Below are positions 53,001 to 62,620 of a stretch of DNA of 64,000 nucleotides, piece by piece; the first letter of the stretch is position 1; each line of letters starts with the position of its first letter. The notes under the pieces are model-generated. The model did not search any database. It worked only from the letters and a program-made list of their open reading frames with translations, and was not told the DNA's origin. Made by a program: the position numbers and the translations under genes. Origin of the DNA: Podarcis vaucheri (lineage: Eukaryota); assembly GCA_965113315.1 (NCBI GenBank), contig OZ220363.1. The stretch is one strand, 5' to 3'.

Positions 53001-56000
53001 TATAGACCTCTTTCTCTTTGGTTTCATTCCACCCTGGAAAATAAAGCCAAAAAATGCAAACTGGAAGGAGGGGAAATGCCTCCTCATAAAGAATTAGACC
53101 AAAGATCCATGAACCATCCAACTAGTCTCCAAAGGATTTTCAGCATGTGGTTCTTGAGGCATAGCACCCTTATTCCCTCTTTTGCCACACAGAAAAATCA
53201 CATTCGTTTCTGAAACTTCCCTAAGCTTCAGTTTGTTGTAGGACAAAAACAAGGATGGGGAACCTATATCCCTTCAGATGGTGTTGGGACTCCTACTCCC
53301 ATCAATTTTAGCCAGTGTGGCCAATGGTCAGGCATGATGGGAGTTGGAGTCAAGCAACATTTGGATGGCCACAGCATTCCCAACCTTGGCAGGTCTGGTC
53401 TACTGCTCAAGAACAAACTCCTAATAAGTTTACTTGGTTCCTTATGCTCTAGATTGTTGTACGTACCACAAAAGTTTGATTTGTTTTTAATTCAAAAGCA
53501 TGTTCTTACAATGTACTTACCTTGGGCCACGCTGTTAATTAATAGAATTAATAGGGTGTTAATTAATAGAAAGTCTAGTACAGCCTTTAAAATATAGTTA
53601 TATTTCTGAAATTGTAATTTCCTATGTTTGGAATATAAGATTTTAAAGATGTATCCCAACAGAGTTCTACATCTGAGTAGACATGTATAGAATTGCACTG
53701 TTAGTAGCTATTATTTTTCCAATTAGCAGATACTATTTGACAGTGAAGAAATGCCAACAACGACAAACCGTGCTCTTCATTTGTTCAGGATATGTATATT
53801 TAAATAATTAGTAACTTAAAGCAAACCTGGATGTTAAATTATGTACTGACCTCAGGTATATTTCCTTCCCTACACAAATAATGAATGGCCTCCATTTTTA
53901 AAGCGTCCAAATTAAGAGCATCTTTCTGCAACAACCTAGAACAAAATGAGACAGGAGCTGTATCTTTACAACACGACTGATTATATGTTTTCACGTAACA
54001 GAGGGCCAACATTCATATGAACAAGGAGTTCCCTGGGCAAGTTATCAGCGTTCAGTGAAACAGAGAACACTTAAGTGTCCAAGAGGCCTCACCAATCCAT
54101 TCTGCTCTCAAGCAAAAACTCATACAGTGGTACCTCGGGTTACATAGGCTTCAGGTTACAGAGGCTTCAGGTTACAGACTCCGCTAACCCAAAAATAGTG
54201 CTTCAGGTTAAGAACTTTGCTTCAGGATGAGAACAGAAATCGTGCTCCAGCGGTGCGCCAGCAGCTGGAGGCCCCATTAGCTTAAGTGGTGCTTCAGGTT
54301 AAGAACAGTTTCAGGTTAAGTACGGACCTCTGGAACGAATTAAGTACTTAACCCGAGGTACCACTGTACTATAATTGAACCCCACCTTCCAAGACCTTCT
54401 ACAACCCACTGCAGAAGCAGAGAAGGTAAGTGAGAAGGTAACAAGGCACTGCTTGCCACCAGTGGTGTGTGGTGGAAATTTTCATAGCAGAAGAGTTAGC
54501 GCCAGAGGCACCGGCTTGTGAGGGTGATTGGTGGGTGGGAGAGAGAGAGGGAGAGAGGGAGGGAGAGAGCATCATGCCTCCATCCCTAAGCTGGGCAGAT
54601 GCTTCCCGGGCTTTGGGAGGGGGCATTAGGCCTATGACAGGATACTGGAGCCCTCCTGCCTCCTTCCCAAAACAATAGCAACCCACCTCTGTGCAGTCTC
54701 GGTTGCCTGTTCCCATTCTTGCAGAGCCAGCTGCAGCTTCATTTTCTTTATAAAAGAAGGAAGGAATTGTGGCGCGTGGGCTATTATTTGATTCACCATC
54801 TCCAAAGCTCCTGAGTAATTCTGGCGCATTTCAAAATATTGTGCCTAATGAAACACGAAGGAGATCCCTTAATCCTCTACATTTCCAAGCAGAAAGGAAA
54901 GATGTTTTACGGAACGTACCGCTCCCTCCCTAAACAACAATATTCTAGTCTCAAACACATCAAAGTCTGCTTCAGAAACTCTATACACGTTTCCCAAATG
55001 CGGGTCTCCAGCTGTTTTGGGACTACCATCCCCATCATCCCTGACCACTGGTCCTGCTAGCTAGGGATGATGGGATTTGTAGTTTCCAAAAACAGTTGGA
55101 GACTGATTCTATGCAACCATGGATGGACCCTGATCTCATATGTAATGCAGAGAACACCACATTACCTGTACCATTCAAAATAATGAAATGACAAGAGATA
55201 GTGAGCAGTTTCCTAAAATTTTCGGACCTGTGTTCCCATCCCTGGGACTAACTCCGAACTTTTATTCCGATACTCACATTGAGCAACCCAGACTAGGTGT
55301 AAAGCAATCTGTGTGAGATCCATTGGCACACACCACAATCTCAGTTATATTAACAGGCAAGGATTAAAAGCTTCTGTTTTAATAACAGACTTACTTTACC
55401 CATCAGGCCAAAGGTATCGTTTCCATTTTGCAGCCCTTCATCAAAGTATTTCACAGCTTTTTTAATACTTGCTTCTTTTCCAGAGGTGACATCAAGCCAC
55501 CCTTTCAAAATCAATCCCTGCAAAGAAAAGCAAAATGTTAAAATGCGGGCTTCTTAAAGAAAGCTTTCAGGAAAAAAATGGTTTTTAGAACATCCATCCT
55601 CGCAAAGTTGGCATGAAAGAGATCCCTTTCTCTGTTTTACCAGCTGGGACTCGTGAATGAGAAAGCCATCTAGAGTCTCAGCAACAACCTTCCAAACCCA
55701 AAACAGCAATTCCAAATGTACTGTTCAAAACACTAGGTATACCATAGGAACTGCACCAGATGAAATGTTAAAAGGGGGAACCCAGGAAACGTGGTGAGCC
55801 AAGATCCTGAAAATCCAAATGTCTGCACACACAAGATCCCTGCGAAGCACCAATAATGGAAACACAAGGAACTCTCTTATATGTTCAAATTTGCATCTTT
55901 TGGAGTGGCCATAGTACAGCCTCTGTTACAATGCTGCTACTTCACATCCATACTAAGAGAAACGGAAAACGCTAACTGCAGAATCATTTAAAACTCTGCT

Positions 56001-57224
56001 TCTGCCAGTTCCAAGGTAACGTCTTTATACCGTGTGAAGGATGAAGCCTCTTGCCTTGGCTGAGATGTTCTAATGTTGAAGAGAGGGTTAGAGAAAAATA
56101 TTTGTGAGCCAAGAAGCCTTAAAACACTCCAGAGTCTAAGGCCTTCATATAATCTATTTGACTCCAATCATTCTCCTAATATTTCATGCTGTTAGTATGC
56201 AACTGGCTGGTGAGAAAGCATTCAAAACAAAATTCACGATTTTTGCAATTTAAACTTGACGGGAAAACACCCACGTTTATGCACAGCACATGGCGTTTCT
56301 GTGTCAGCAGCTCAAAGAAAACCCCAAGCATTGGGAACATCTGTGATTCAGACCCATTAGATGGCTTAGCTGCCTCAAACAGCGCTATTGGCTAGTGACT
56401 CATTTCGGTTAATGAACCAGACACGCTTAACAGCTAACTAAAGAGAAACCATCAGGCTAGTTTTTAACAGTACTGATTCCGCCAAAATATTCCTTGAGCG
56501 TTAAATGAAGCAGTAATAACAGGCTATGATCTACAGGATGACTCAACATAGCTGAGGGCTAGCAGGTCTCGTTCTATAGCAAGCAGAGATACCAAGTGTG
56601 ACTATGGGAAGCGGCTTACCTCTGTGCTGCCATTCGAGATCTTGATCATCCTGTCAACGTATTCGCGGGCTTTCTCGTGGCGCCCAATATGCCACAAGAA
56701 CAAGCCTGCAAAATACAATGCCTGCTGCCCTGCTACTTTGCGTTGCTCCTTCAGCTTGGCATCCAGCTCCACAATGGCTTCTCGATCTGAAGAAAATCAG
56801 TAAAGTGGTGGTTATTTAAACCATAACAGTGGGTGTGTGGAAACGGCCCAATTCGGCCTACTGTCTTCCGTACATGCTACAGATATGTGGCAAGATGTCA
56901 TGCAACAGGGACAAACTACCGCCATGGTTTAACAGTAAAAATATTAGGAAGGCCGCTTTGGATGCTCGCCTGCTGTTAAACTTGAAATGGATGATTCCTC
57001 TAGCTAAGGTATTTCTGGTTCAAATTCAGAACCAGAATTGCGTGCGTGCAATTTTAAATGGGGAGGCAGGGAATGAATGGGGGGGTGTTTGCAATGGCTT
57101 TCTGGAAGAGGCACTCTGAGCAGGTGCACTTCGGTTAGGCAGATTATGCCGCAACATTTTATTGAAGGCCCCACGTGCTTTCACATTAAACAGGACAGCA
57201 AAGGAAATGTTAACAACTCACTAA

Positions 57225-57272
<48 letters not shown>

Positions 57273-60200
57273 AATAATATACTTTTTATACCCTGCCATC
57301 TGGCTGGGTTTCCCCAGACACTCTGGGCGGCTTCCAGCAGGATATTAAAATACAATGATTCATCAAATGTTAAAAGGTTCCCTAAACAGGGCTGCTTTCA
57401 GATGTCTTCTAAAAGTTCAATAGTTGTTTATTTCTTTGACATCTGATAGGAGGGCGTTCCACAGGGCGGGTGCCACTACCAAGAAGGCCCTCAGCCTGAT
57501 TCCCTGTAACTTCGCTTCTCTCAGTGAGGGAACCGCCAGAAGGCCCTCGGCACTGGACCTCAGTGTCTGGGCAGAACAATGGGGGTGGAGATGCTCCTTC
57601 AGGTATACTGGGCCAAGGCTGTTTAGGGCTTTAAAGGTCAGCACCAACACTTTGAATTGTGCCCGGAAACGTACTGGGAGCCAATGTAGGTCTTTCAGGG
57701 CCAGTGTTAAGTGGTCTCGGCAGCCACTTTCAGTCACCAGTCTAGCTGCCGCATTCTGGATTAGTTGTAGTTTCCGGGTCACCTTCAAAGGTAGCCCCAC
57801 ATAGAGCAAATTGCAGTAGTCCAAGCGAGAGATAACTAGAGCATGCACCACTCTGGCGAGAGAGTCCGCAGGCAGATAGGGTCTCAGCCTGCGTACCAGA
57901 TGGAGCTGGTAAACAGCTGCCCTGGACACAGATTTGACCTGTGCCTCCATGGACAGCTGTGAGTCCAGAATGACTTCCAGGCTGCGCCCCTGGTCCCTCA
58001 TTCAGGACCGTTAAGTCCACATGGCTTTATTCGTTGTAGAGATAGTTCAAACTGTACCTGGATTTGGACTCTTTTTATGGGCATAGATCATTGCCATCAT
58101 TGTGCAAAGGGATACGTCCTGCTTGTTTTTAAGAGTTTCGAGGTCGAGAAGAGCCTCCTGAATGTGCCCTAAGGAATCAAATTCAAGAAGGTTAAGTTGC
58201 ATTTTCTGGTGCCATGGAATACATGCTTCATCAAGCAGAGGAAAACAGGAAGCTGCCTTGTACCAAAAGCCAGACCACTGGTCCATCTAGCTGACATGCC
58301 AGTCGTCCTCCAGGATTTCAGACAGATAGCACTCCCAGCTCTGCTAGGAGATGCCTGGGGACTGAACCTCAGACCTTCTGCAAGCAAAGCAGATGCTCCT
58401 CCTTATAAATAATAATTTCCTTATTTGTACCCTGCCCATTTGACTGGGTTGCCCCAGCCACTCTGGGTGGCTTCCAACAGATATAAAAACACAATAAAAC
58501 ATTACACATTGAAAGGCTTCCCTATACAGGGCTTCCGTTCCCCCTAGTCTGCACTTCTCAGTTATTAAGGACTCTAATATTCTTGCAGTGTGGTGGAGGG
58601 TGCTTACCTGACCTCCCAACATTGAGGTGCTGCTGTTTACTGGGAGGGAGGCATGGGCAAGGAATGTTCTACAAGTGTGTTTGCATATTATCAACCCACT
58701 CGTCTTCCCATTCAGCGGCAGCAATGCCTCTGCCAGGAGGTCCCCACTGCCCACTACAGAATTATCGATATAGGTAAAGCATCTCTCTGCATATTTTTAC
58801 ACTGGGTGGTATCCAGCATACTCTGTCGTGCTCTGTCAGCGGGGTTTAACATTTCGAAAGATATTCAGTCAAAAGCCTTACCTTCCATCAGCCTGCCGTA
58901 AATGCGGTAAAAAACGAAGATTGGGTCATTGCCAAACAACTTGAGGCCTTCGCTGGCAAGTGTCTGAATATGACGAAAGTAGCCTTCTTGGCAATAGTAA
59001 TTAATGAGCGTCTGCAAGGAAATGATGGATACAATCACACAGGTGTAAATACTAATAAAACTGAAACCACTGAGTTAGGAGAGCTACTTCCAGCACCATA
59101 CGGTTGAGATGAAATGAGAAGTTAGTGTGATTTGCAAGCTTACTCTAGGAGCTTTATTTATTTTGCTAAATGGTGGGATAAAAATAAATATGCAACTCTC
59201 TCTTTCTGCAGATGTTGCCATTGTGCCACCTCCAGTCGTGACGTTTTATAGTCCTGCAGAACTCTTCTAAGAGTGGGCCAAGAAGTTTCTTGAGAAGTTT
59301 CAAGTGTGTGCCTAAAATTGCAGAGTGTCAATGTGGTAAGTTGGTACAGTGGTACCTCGGGTTACATACACTTCAGGTTACATATGCTTCAGGTTACAGA
59401 CTCCGCTAACCCAGAAATAGTACCTCGGGTTAAGAACTTTGCTTCAGAATGAGAACAGAAATCGTGCAGTGGCAGCGCAGTGGCAGCAGGAGGCCCCATT
59501 AGCTAAAGTGGTGCTTCAGGTTAAGAACAGTTTCAGGTTAAGAACGGACCTCCAGAACGAATTAAATACTTAACCAGAGGTACCACTGTACTGGCAAACA
59601 TATGTAACATATATACACTCATCGGGGAGATGGGAATGGCTGCAGCTGCCTTTTGAGTACACACACGGTGACAAACTCACAAATTGCTGCCTTGTAATCT
59701 ATGTAACGGGAAAAGAGCCTAAGTTTGCTGCTGCTCCCTCATGCTTGTTTACTTCACAGAAATACTGAATGGTAGAGTTGAAAGGGACCCCAAGGGTCAT
59801 CTAGTCCAACCCCTGCAATACAGGAGTAAAAACACACTGTCCCTTCATGTTTCCCAAGTGCAGATGCACACAGATGTTTAAAGACAGTGGCAGAAACTTT
59901 GTACGTTCACAGGAGAAGACACACAAACACCCTTCTCCATGCTTCCTGCAGAAAGTATAATATGAAGCAGTCCTCCCAAATACGTGTGTGCTGACATTTA
60001 AAAACACATGTAAACATGTGAAGGAGGCTCAGACGCCCGATGCTCAGCTCAGAAACACTGGCATTTGTAGCTCAGCCAGTCATCAGACTCTTAATCTGAG
60101 AGTCAAGGGTTCAAGTCCCACGTTTCGCGAAAGATCCCTGCATTGAAAAGGGGGCTGAACTAGATGGCCGTCAGGGTCATTTCAATAATTCTATTCTGTG

Positions 60201-61059
60201 GTTAAAAGACGCCTGCTTCTTGGGAGAAAAGCACTGACAAACCTAGACAGCATCTTTAAAAGCAGAGACATCACCTTGCCAACAAAGGTCCATATAGTTA
60301 AAGCTATGGTTTTCCCAGTAGTGATGTATGGAAGTGAGAGCTGGACCATAAAGAAGGCTGATCGCCGAAGAATTGATGCTTTTCAAATATGGTGCTGGAG
60401 GAGACTCTTGAGAGTCCCATGGACTGCAAGAAGATCAAACCTATCCATTCTTAAGGAAATCAGCCCCGAGTGCTCACTGGAAGGACAGATCCTGAAGCTG
60501 AGGCTCCAATACTTTGGCCACCTCATGAGAAGAGAAGACTCCCTGGAAAAGACCCTGATGTTGGGAAAGATGGAGGGCACAAGGAGAAGGGGACAACAGA
60601 GGATGAGATGGTTTGGACAGTGTTCTCGAAGCTACAAATATGAGTTTGACCAAACTGCGGGAGGCAGTGGAAGACAGGAGTGCCTGGCGTGCTCTGGTCC
60701 ATGGGGTCACGAAGAGCCAGACACGACTAAACAACAACATTCTGGGGTGATGGGTGTTTCGGTTCATTTTGTCTTACTTCCAAAGGGAGAGAAAAAGAAA
60801 GCTAGGAGGGAGAAGGTGGAAAGGCTCGCTGCCTCCCCCCCCTCCCATCTCTTGCTTGCTTTGTTACGCGAGAGCTGGGAGCTTTCCAAAACGTCGGGGG
60901 GGAGAAAAGGAGGAGCGCAGAAGCCGCCGAGAGGGGCGCGTTTCCCGAGAGGAGAGGGGCGCGGGCGCGGGAGGAAAGAACGGGAAATTTCGCTCGCGGG
61001 TCGGAGGGGAGGGACGAGCCGAAGCGCCTCTGACAAACCTGCAGCAAGGAAGGATCCAT
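32017..61059 (-). CDS. TTC21B: Tetratricopeptide repeat protein 21B / IFT139 (IFT-A subunit), complete spliced CDS, 29 exons
   Basis: 29 GT-AG exons sum to 3951 nt (1316 aa + TGA) with consistent phases. TPR-rich protein [16 protein letters not shown]...[13 protein letters not shown], closely matching human TTC21B as recalled; syntenic with GALNT3. Confidence 0.97.
32388..32455 (-). CDS. TTC21B: TTC21B exon 28
   Basis: (G)[22 protein letters not shown]; 68 nt, AG/GT. Confidence 0.95.
32868..32988 (-). CDS. TTC21B: TTC21B exon 27
   Basis: [40 protein letters not shown]; 121 nt. Confidence 0.95.
33266..33490 (-). CDS. TTC21B: TTC21B exon 26
   Basis: [19 protein letters not shown]...KRCLRHNR; 225 nt. 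Confidence 0.95.
33873..34344 (+). mobile_element. Possible solo LTR
   Basis: TG...CA bounds, TATAAATA at ~34076, AGTAAA at ~34273; no clean TSD. Confidence 0.3.
34506..34701 (-). CDS. TTC21B: TTC21B exon 25
   Basis: (N)[24 protein letters not shown]...TEIVVDE; 196 nt; NAGNAG acceptor. Confidence 0.93.
35082..35243 (-). CDS. TTC21B: TTC21B exon 24
   Basis: [53 protein letters not shown]; 162 nt. Confidence 0.95.
35926..36076 (-). CDS. TTC21B: TTC21B exon 23
   Basis: (D)[24 protein letters not shown]...YCKGLYL(W); 151 nt. Confidence 0.95.
36368..36449 (-). CDS. TTC21B: TTC21B exon 22
   Basis: [27 protein letters not shown]; 82 nt. Confidence 0.95.
36640..36965 (+). mobile_element. Degenerate CR1 LINE RT fragment
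   Basis: AKFADDAK (FADD at 36740-36751)...DCEE..KLGE.A..WQ, typical of CR1 ORF2; boundaries approximate. Confidence 0.65.
37382..37532. mobile_element. Tc1/pogo-type MITE, CAGTGGAACCTCGG TIR
   Basis: TA|CACTGGAAACTTGGTTTTC ... GAAAACCGAGGTTCCACTG|TA. Confidence 0.7.
37682..37792 (-). CDS. TTC21B: TTC21B exon 21
   Basis: [37 protein letters not shown]; 111 nt. Confidence 0.95.
37918..38106 (-). CDS. TTC21B: TTC21B exon 20
   Basis: [16 protein letters not shown]...LVHCETDNK; 189 nt. Confidence 0.95.
38260..38385 (-). mobile_element. SINE with tRNA-Lys(CTT)-like head and CR1-type tail
   Basis: AGCTCAGTTGGTGGAGCATGAGACTCCTGATCTCAGGGTTGTGGGTTCGAGCCCCACGTTGGGC + TTCCTGCATTGCAGGGGGGTTGGACTA...CCTTCCAACTCTACAATTCT. 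Confidence 0.8.
38784..39008. mobile_element. Tigger-type MITE (CAGTGGTACC family)
   Basis: TIRs + TA TSD; same orientation as the 9350 copy. Confidence 0.85.
39128..39234 (-). CDS. TTC21B: TTC21B exon 19
   Basis: (V)[35 protein letters not shown]; 107 nt. Confidence 0.95.
39330..39468 (-). CDS. TTC21B: TTC21B exon 18
   Basis: [46 protein letters not shown]; 139 nt. Confidence 0.95.
40706..40816 (-). CDS. TTC21B: TTC21B exon 17
   Basis: [37 protein letters not shown]; 111 nt. Confidence 0.95.
40895..41327. mobile_element. Tc1/mariner-type MITE with GC-rich interior
   Basis: TA|CCGTATTTTACACCCTATAGGACGCAC ... GTGCGTCCTATGGGGCGAAAAATACGG|TA. Confidence 0.85.
41885..42020. mobile_element. 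Palindromic hAT-type MITE nested in an unclassified repeat
   Basis: Same family as 5953/29757; degenerate TSD ctctacag/ctctaggg. Confidence 0.8.
42603..42675 (-). CDS. TTC21B: TTC21B exon 16
   Basis: (R)[24 protein letters not shown]; 73 nt. Confidence 0.95.
43711..43949 (-). CDS. TTC21B: TTC21B exon 15
   Basis: ttgaag|[23 protein letters not shown]...KLYASCY(R); 239 nt. Confidence 0.95.
44498..44722 (-). CDS. TTC21B: TTC21B exon 14
   Basis: [24 protein letters not shown]...HRLNGEQ; 225 nt. Confidence 0.95.
44839..45240. mobile_element. Tc1/mariner-type MITE with GC-rich interior
   Basis: TA|CCGTATTTTTCGCCCCATAGGACGCAC ... GTGCGTCCTATAGGGCGAAAAATACGG|TA; same family as 40895. Confidence 0.85.
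45517..45795 (+). mobile_element. 5'-truncated Sauria SINE
   Basis: Homologous to 26772-27140 from GTTGCTCTGTC onward; ACCTTT tail. Confidence 0.8.
46385..46542 (-). CDS. TTC21B: TTC21B exon 13
   Basis: (G)[52 protein letters not shown]; 158 nt. Confidence 0.95.
47120..47249 (-). CDS. TTC21B: TTC21B exon 12
   Basis: tctcaag|[43 protein letters not shown]|gtaaat; 130 nt. Confidence 0.93.
47912..48260 (+). mobile_element. L2-clade LINE 3' fragment
   Basis: Homologous (opposite strand) to the 3' part of 57272-58001. Confidence 0.8.
48602..48802 (-). CDS. TTC21B: TTC21B exon 11
   Basis: [24 protein letters not shown]...YLSFCPTQ; 201 nt. Confidence 0.95.
50378..50475 (-). CDS. TTC21B: TTC21B exon 10
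   Basis: (G)[32 protein letters not shown]; 98 nt. Confidence 0.95.
50753..50945 (-). CDS. TTC21B: TTC21B exon 9
   Basis: [64 protein letters not shown]; 193 nt. Confidence 0.95.
51867..51965 (-). CDS. TTC21B: TTC21B exon 8
   Basis: [33 protein letters not shown]; 99 nt. Confidence 0.95.
52275..52489. mobile_element. Tigger-type MITE (CAGTGGTACC family)
   Basis: TIRs + TA; opposite orientation to the 38784 copy. Confidence 0.85.
53851..53935 (-). CDS. TTC21B: TTC21B exon 7
   Basis: (R)[28 protein letters not shown]; 85 nt. Confidence 0.95.
54125..54366. mobile_element. Tigger-type MITE (CAGTGGTACC family)
   Basis: Perfect TIR CAGTGGTACCTCGGGTTA + TA TSD. Confidence 0.88.
54687..54844 (-). 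CDS. TTC21B: TTC21B exon 6
   Basis: [52 protein letters not shown](R); 158 nt. Confidence 0.95.
55395..55517 (-). CDS. TTC21B: TTC21B exon 5
   Basis: [41 protein letters not shown]; 123 nt. Confidence 0.95.
56620..56786 (-). CDS. TTC21B: TTC21B exon 4
   Basis: (D)[55 protein letters not shown]; 167 nt. Confidence 0.95.
57228..57271. repeat. (AAC)n microsatellite at the L2 3' tail
   Basis: Directly visible; abuts the L2 end. Confidence 0.95.
57272..58001 (-). mobile_element. L2-clade LINE, 5'-truncated, open ORF2 C-terminus (194 codons)
   Basis: [19 protein letters not shown]...[12 protein letters not shown]...[22 protein letters not shown], characteristic of the L2 ORF2 post-RT region. 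Confidence 0.88.
58058..58168 (-). CDS. TTC21B: TTC21B exon 3
   Basis: (G)[36 protein letters not shown]; 111 nt. Confidence 0.95.
58882..59011 (-). CDS. TTC21B: TTC21B exon 2
   Basis: [43 protein letters not shown]; 130 nt. Confidence 0.95.
59347..59588. mobile_element. Tigger-type MITE (CAGTGGTACC family)
   Basis: TIRs + TA TSD. Confidence 0.88.
60068..60202 (+). mobile_element. Degenerate tRNA-Lys-head SINE with CR1-type tail
   Basis: TAGCTCAG...AGACTCTTAATCTGAG...GGGTTCAAGTCCCACGTT...CCTGCATTG...ATTCTATTCT. Confidence 0.65.
60203..60738 (+). mobile_element. BovB (RTE clade) LINE 3' fragment
   Basis: [73 protein letters not shown]...[11 protein letters not shown]; (CAA)n tail; TSD attctgtggt/attctggggt. 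Confidence 0.92.
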
Positions 61060-61400
61060 GGCTGCCGGAAGCAGCGGCCCTGGTTGCTAACGCGACTGCA
61101 GCAGCGTCCAGGGGAGGCGCCTGAGGAAGGGAAGGCTGGGCCTTGCCGGGCGGGTCCTCCTCGCCCTACTAATTCGTTGCCGCAAAGGGGAAAAAAAGAA
61201 CCCAAACCATCCCTCCCCTAGCCTTCGCTCCGGGGGCATCTTGAAAAGCGCGGTGCTTTTATTACGGCGCGAGCTCCCGTGGACGGGACGGCGCATCTTC
61301 GGAGCTGGACGCAGCGCTGGATGCGCAGGCTGGGGCTGGGGAGGAAGAGGGCTCCCATGGGTTACCTTGGGGGGAAAGGAGTGGGTCCGGGGGTGGGGAG
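60780..61400 (-). promoter_or_regulatory. TTC21B: TTC21B CpG-island promoter / exon 1 region
   Basis: CpG-dense region surrounding the 21-nt first coding exon. Confidence 0.8.
61039..61059 (-). CDS. TTC21B: TTC21B exon 1 coding part
   Basis: gcagccATG GAT CCT TCC TTG CTG CAG|gtttgt (MDPSLLQ), strong Kozak context, phase 0 into exon 2. Confidence 0.9.
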
Positions 61401-61434
61401 GTGCTTCGATTGACACACACACAAACACGCCTCG

Positions 61435-61563
61435 CATAGAATTACAGAGTTGGAAGGGACCCCGAGGGGGCCATCTGATCCGACCCACTGCAATGCAGGA
61501 ATCTGTGCCCAACATAGGGCTCGAACCCACAACCCTGAAATGAAGATGCTCCACCGACCGAGC
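61435..61563 (-). mobile_element. tRNA-Lys-head SINE with CR1-type tail
   Basis: Homologous to 38260-38385. Confidence 0.75.
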
Positions 61564-61795
61564 GTGAAGCTGTTCAGGCGTTCCGGGTTTTTGGAAAGGG
61601 GCAAAAAGGGGTCTGGGGAGGCCAGCTTCTCACCGAGGACACGTAAAAACAGCGGCCTTTCACTTTGTCTTGTATATCTGGTTCTACAAATGCAGGAAAC
61701 CACTCTCGAAAGCTGCCAAACTTTGTGGCCCATGGAGGGTGGGGTGGAAGCTGCTTCCTCGCGCCCATGATCTACCAATGGGTTGTTTTTAAGGC

Positions 61796-61838
<43 letters not shown>
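61796..61838. repeat. (AAT)n microsatellite, tail of a short LINE 3' end
   Basis: Directly visible; followed by TTTATATCCCGCCC...CAGAGCGGCT. Confidence 0.9.
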
Positions 61839-62199
61839 TTTTATTTATATCCCGCCCTCCCCAGCCGAAGCTGGGCTCAGAGCGGCTAACAACAGTAAAA
61901 TAATACAGCATTCTAAAATCAACTCATTATAAAATCAGTTCAAATCAAATTAATGGCAACCATTGGGCTAGAGTTCTATGAGGATTACCAAAGGCAAGCA
62001 AAATAAGAGAAAATTAAGCTCCTTTTCATTTGCTGGTTGTTGTTGTTGTTTTAAATAGCATCAGATCCTCTTTCCAAACAAAACGAGGACAGAATACCAA
62101 ATCCTGGGGTAGCAGAAGCAATGCTTTTGTGATAGTACTCATCCATATAGTACCGTCCCCTCTCTTTTTCTGTGTCAGGACATGAGTAACTGGCAGTTC

Positions 62200-62620
62200 T
62201 TTTCGGGGAAAGGAGCGGGGGGGGGGTATCCGTCCAGGTTGGGCTGTCTTACACTCAGCGCACGTCTCAGGCGCCAGTTTTGCAGACCCGCACGCTGGGC
62301 TCTGAGCCCGCATGCAGGAATTTTTCCTCCATTCCAACGGGAGCCGGAAATGCGGTGTTACGCGTTCCTCCTCCTCCTCCTCCTCCCTGTGAATCGGAAG
62401 GGAAGCTCTTGAGCGCCGCCGGCGATGGGAAGGTTCGCTCGTCAACATCTTGTGTTGGCACTTGATTGGCTGGAGGTTCGCTTTTATGGAGAGGAGCGGA
62501 CGCCGGAGTGAGCTTCTATTGGCTTACGCCGGAGACGGCAAAGGGGTCGTCAGAAGTCCCAACGTTTTGCTGCAACGAAAAGCGGGCTCTTGCGCCCTCA
62601 AGTAGCAACTCTCCCGCAGC
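62200..62620. promoter_or_regulatory. Second CpG island with two CCAAT boxes (unassigned promoter)
   Basis: CpG-rich; ATTGG at 62465-62469 and 62518-62522; no TE hallmarks. Confidence 0.5.

Noticed and set aside
57077-57274. Poly-Q ORF (and the poly-I ORF at 61665-61889)
   Set aside because: Translations of (AAC)n and (AAT)n microsatellites
60198-61124. 308-aa + strand ORF as a novel RT-fusion gene
   Set aside because: The N-terminal half is a 5'-truncated BovB fragment with a frameshift. The rest is stop-poor read-through into the GC-rich TTC21B CpG island. It has no ATG start.
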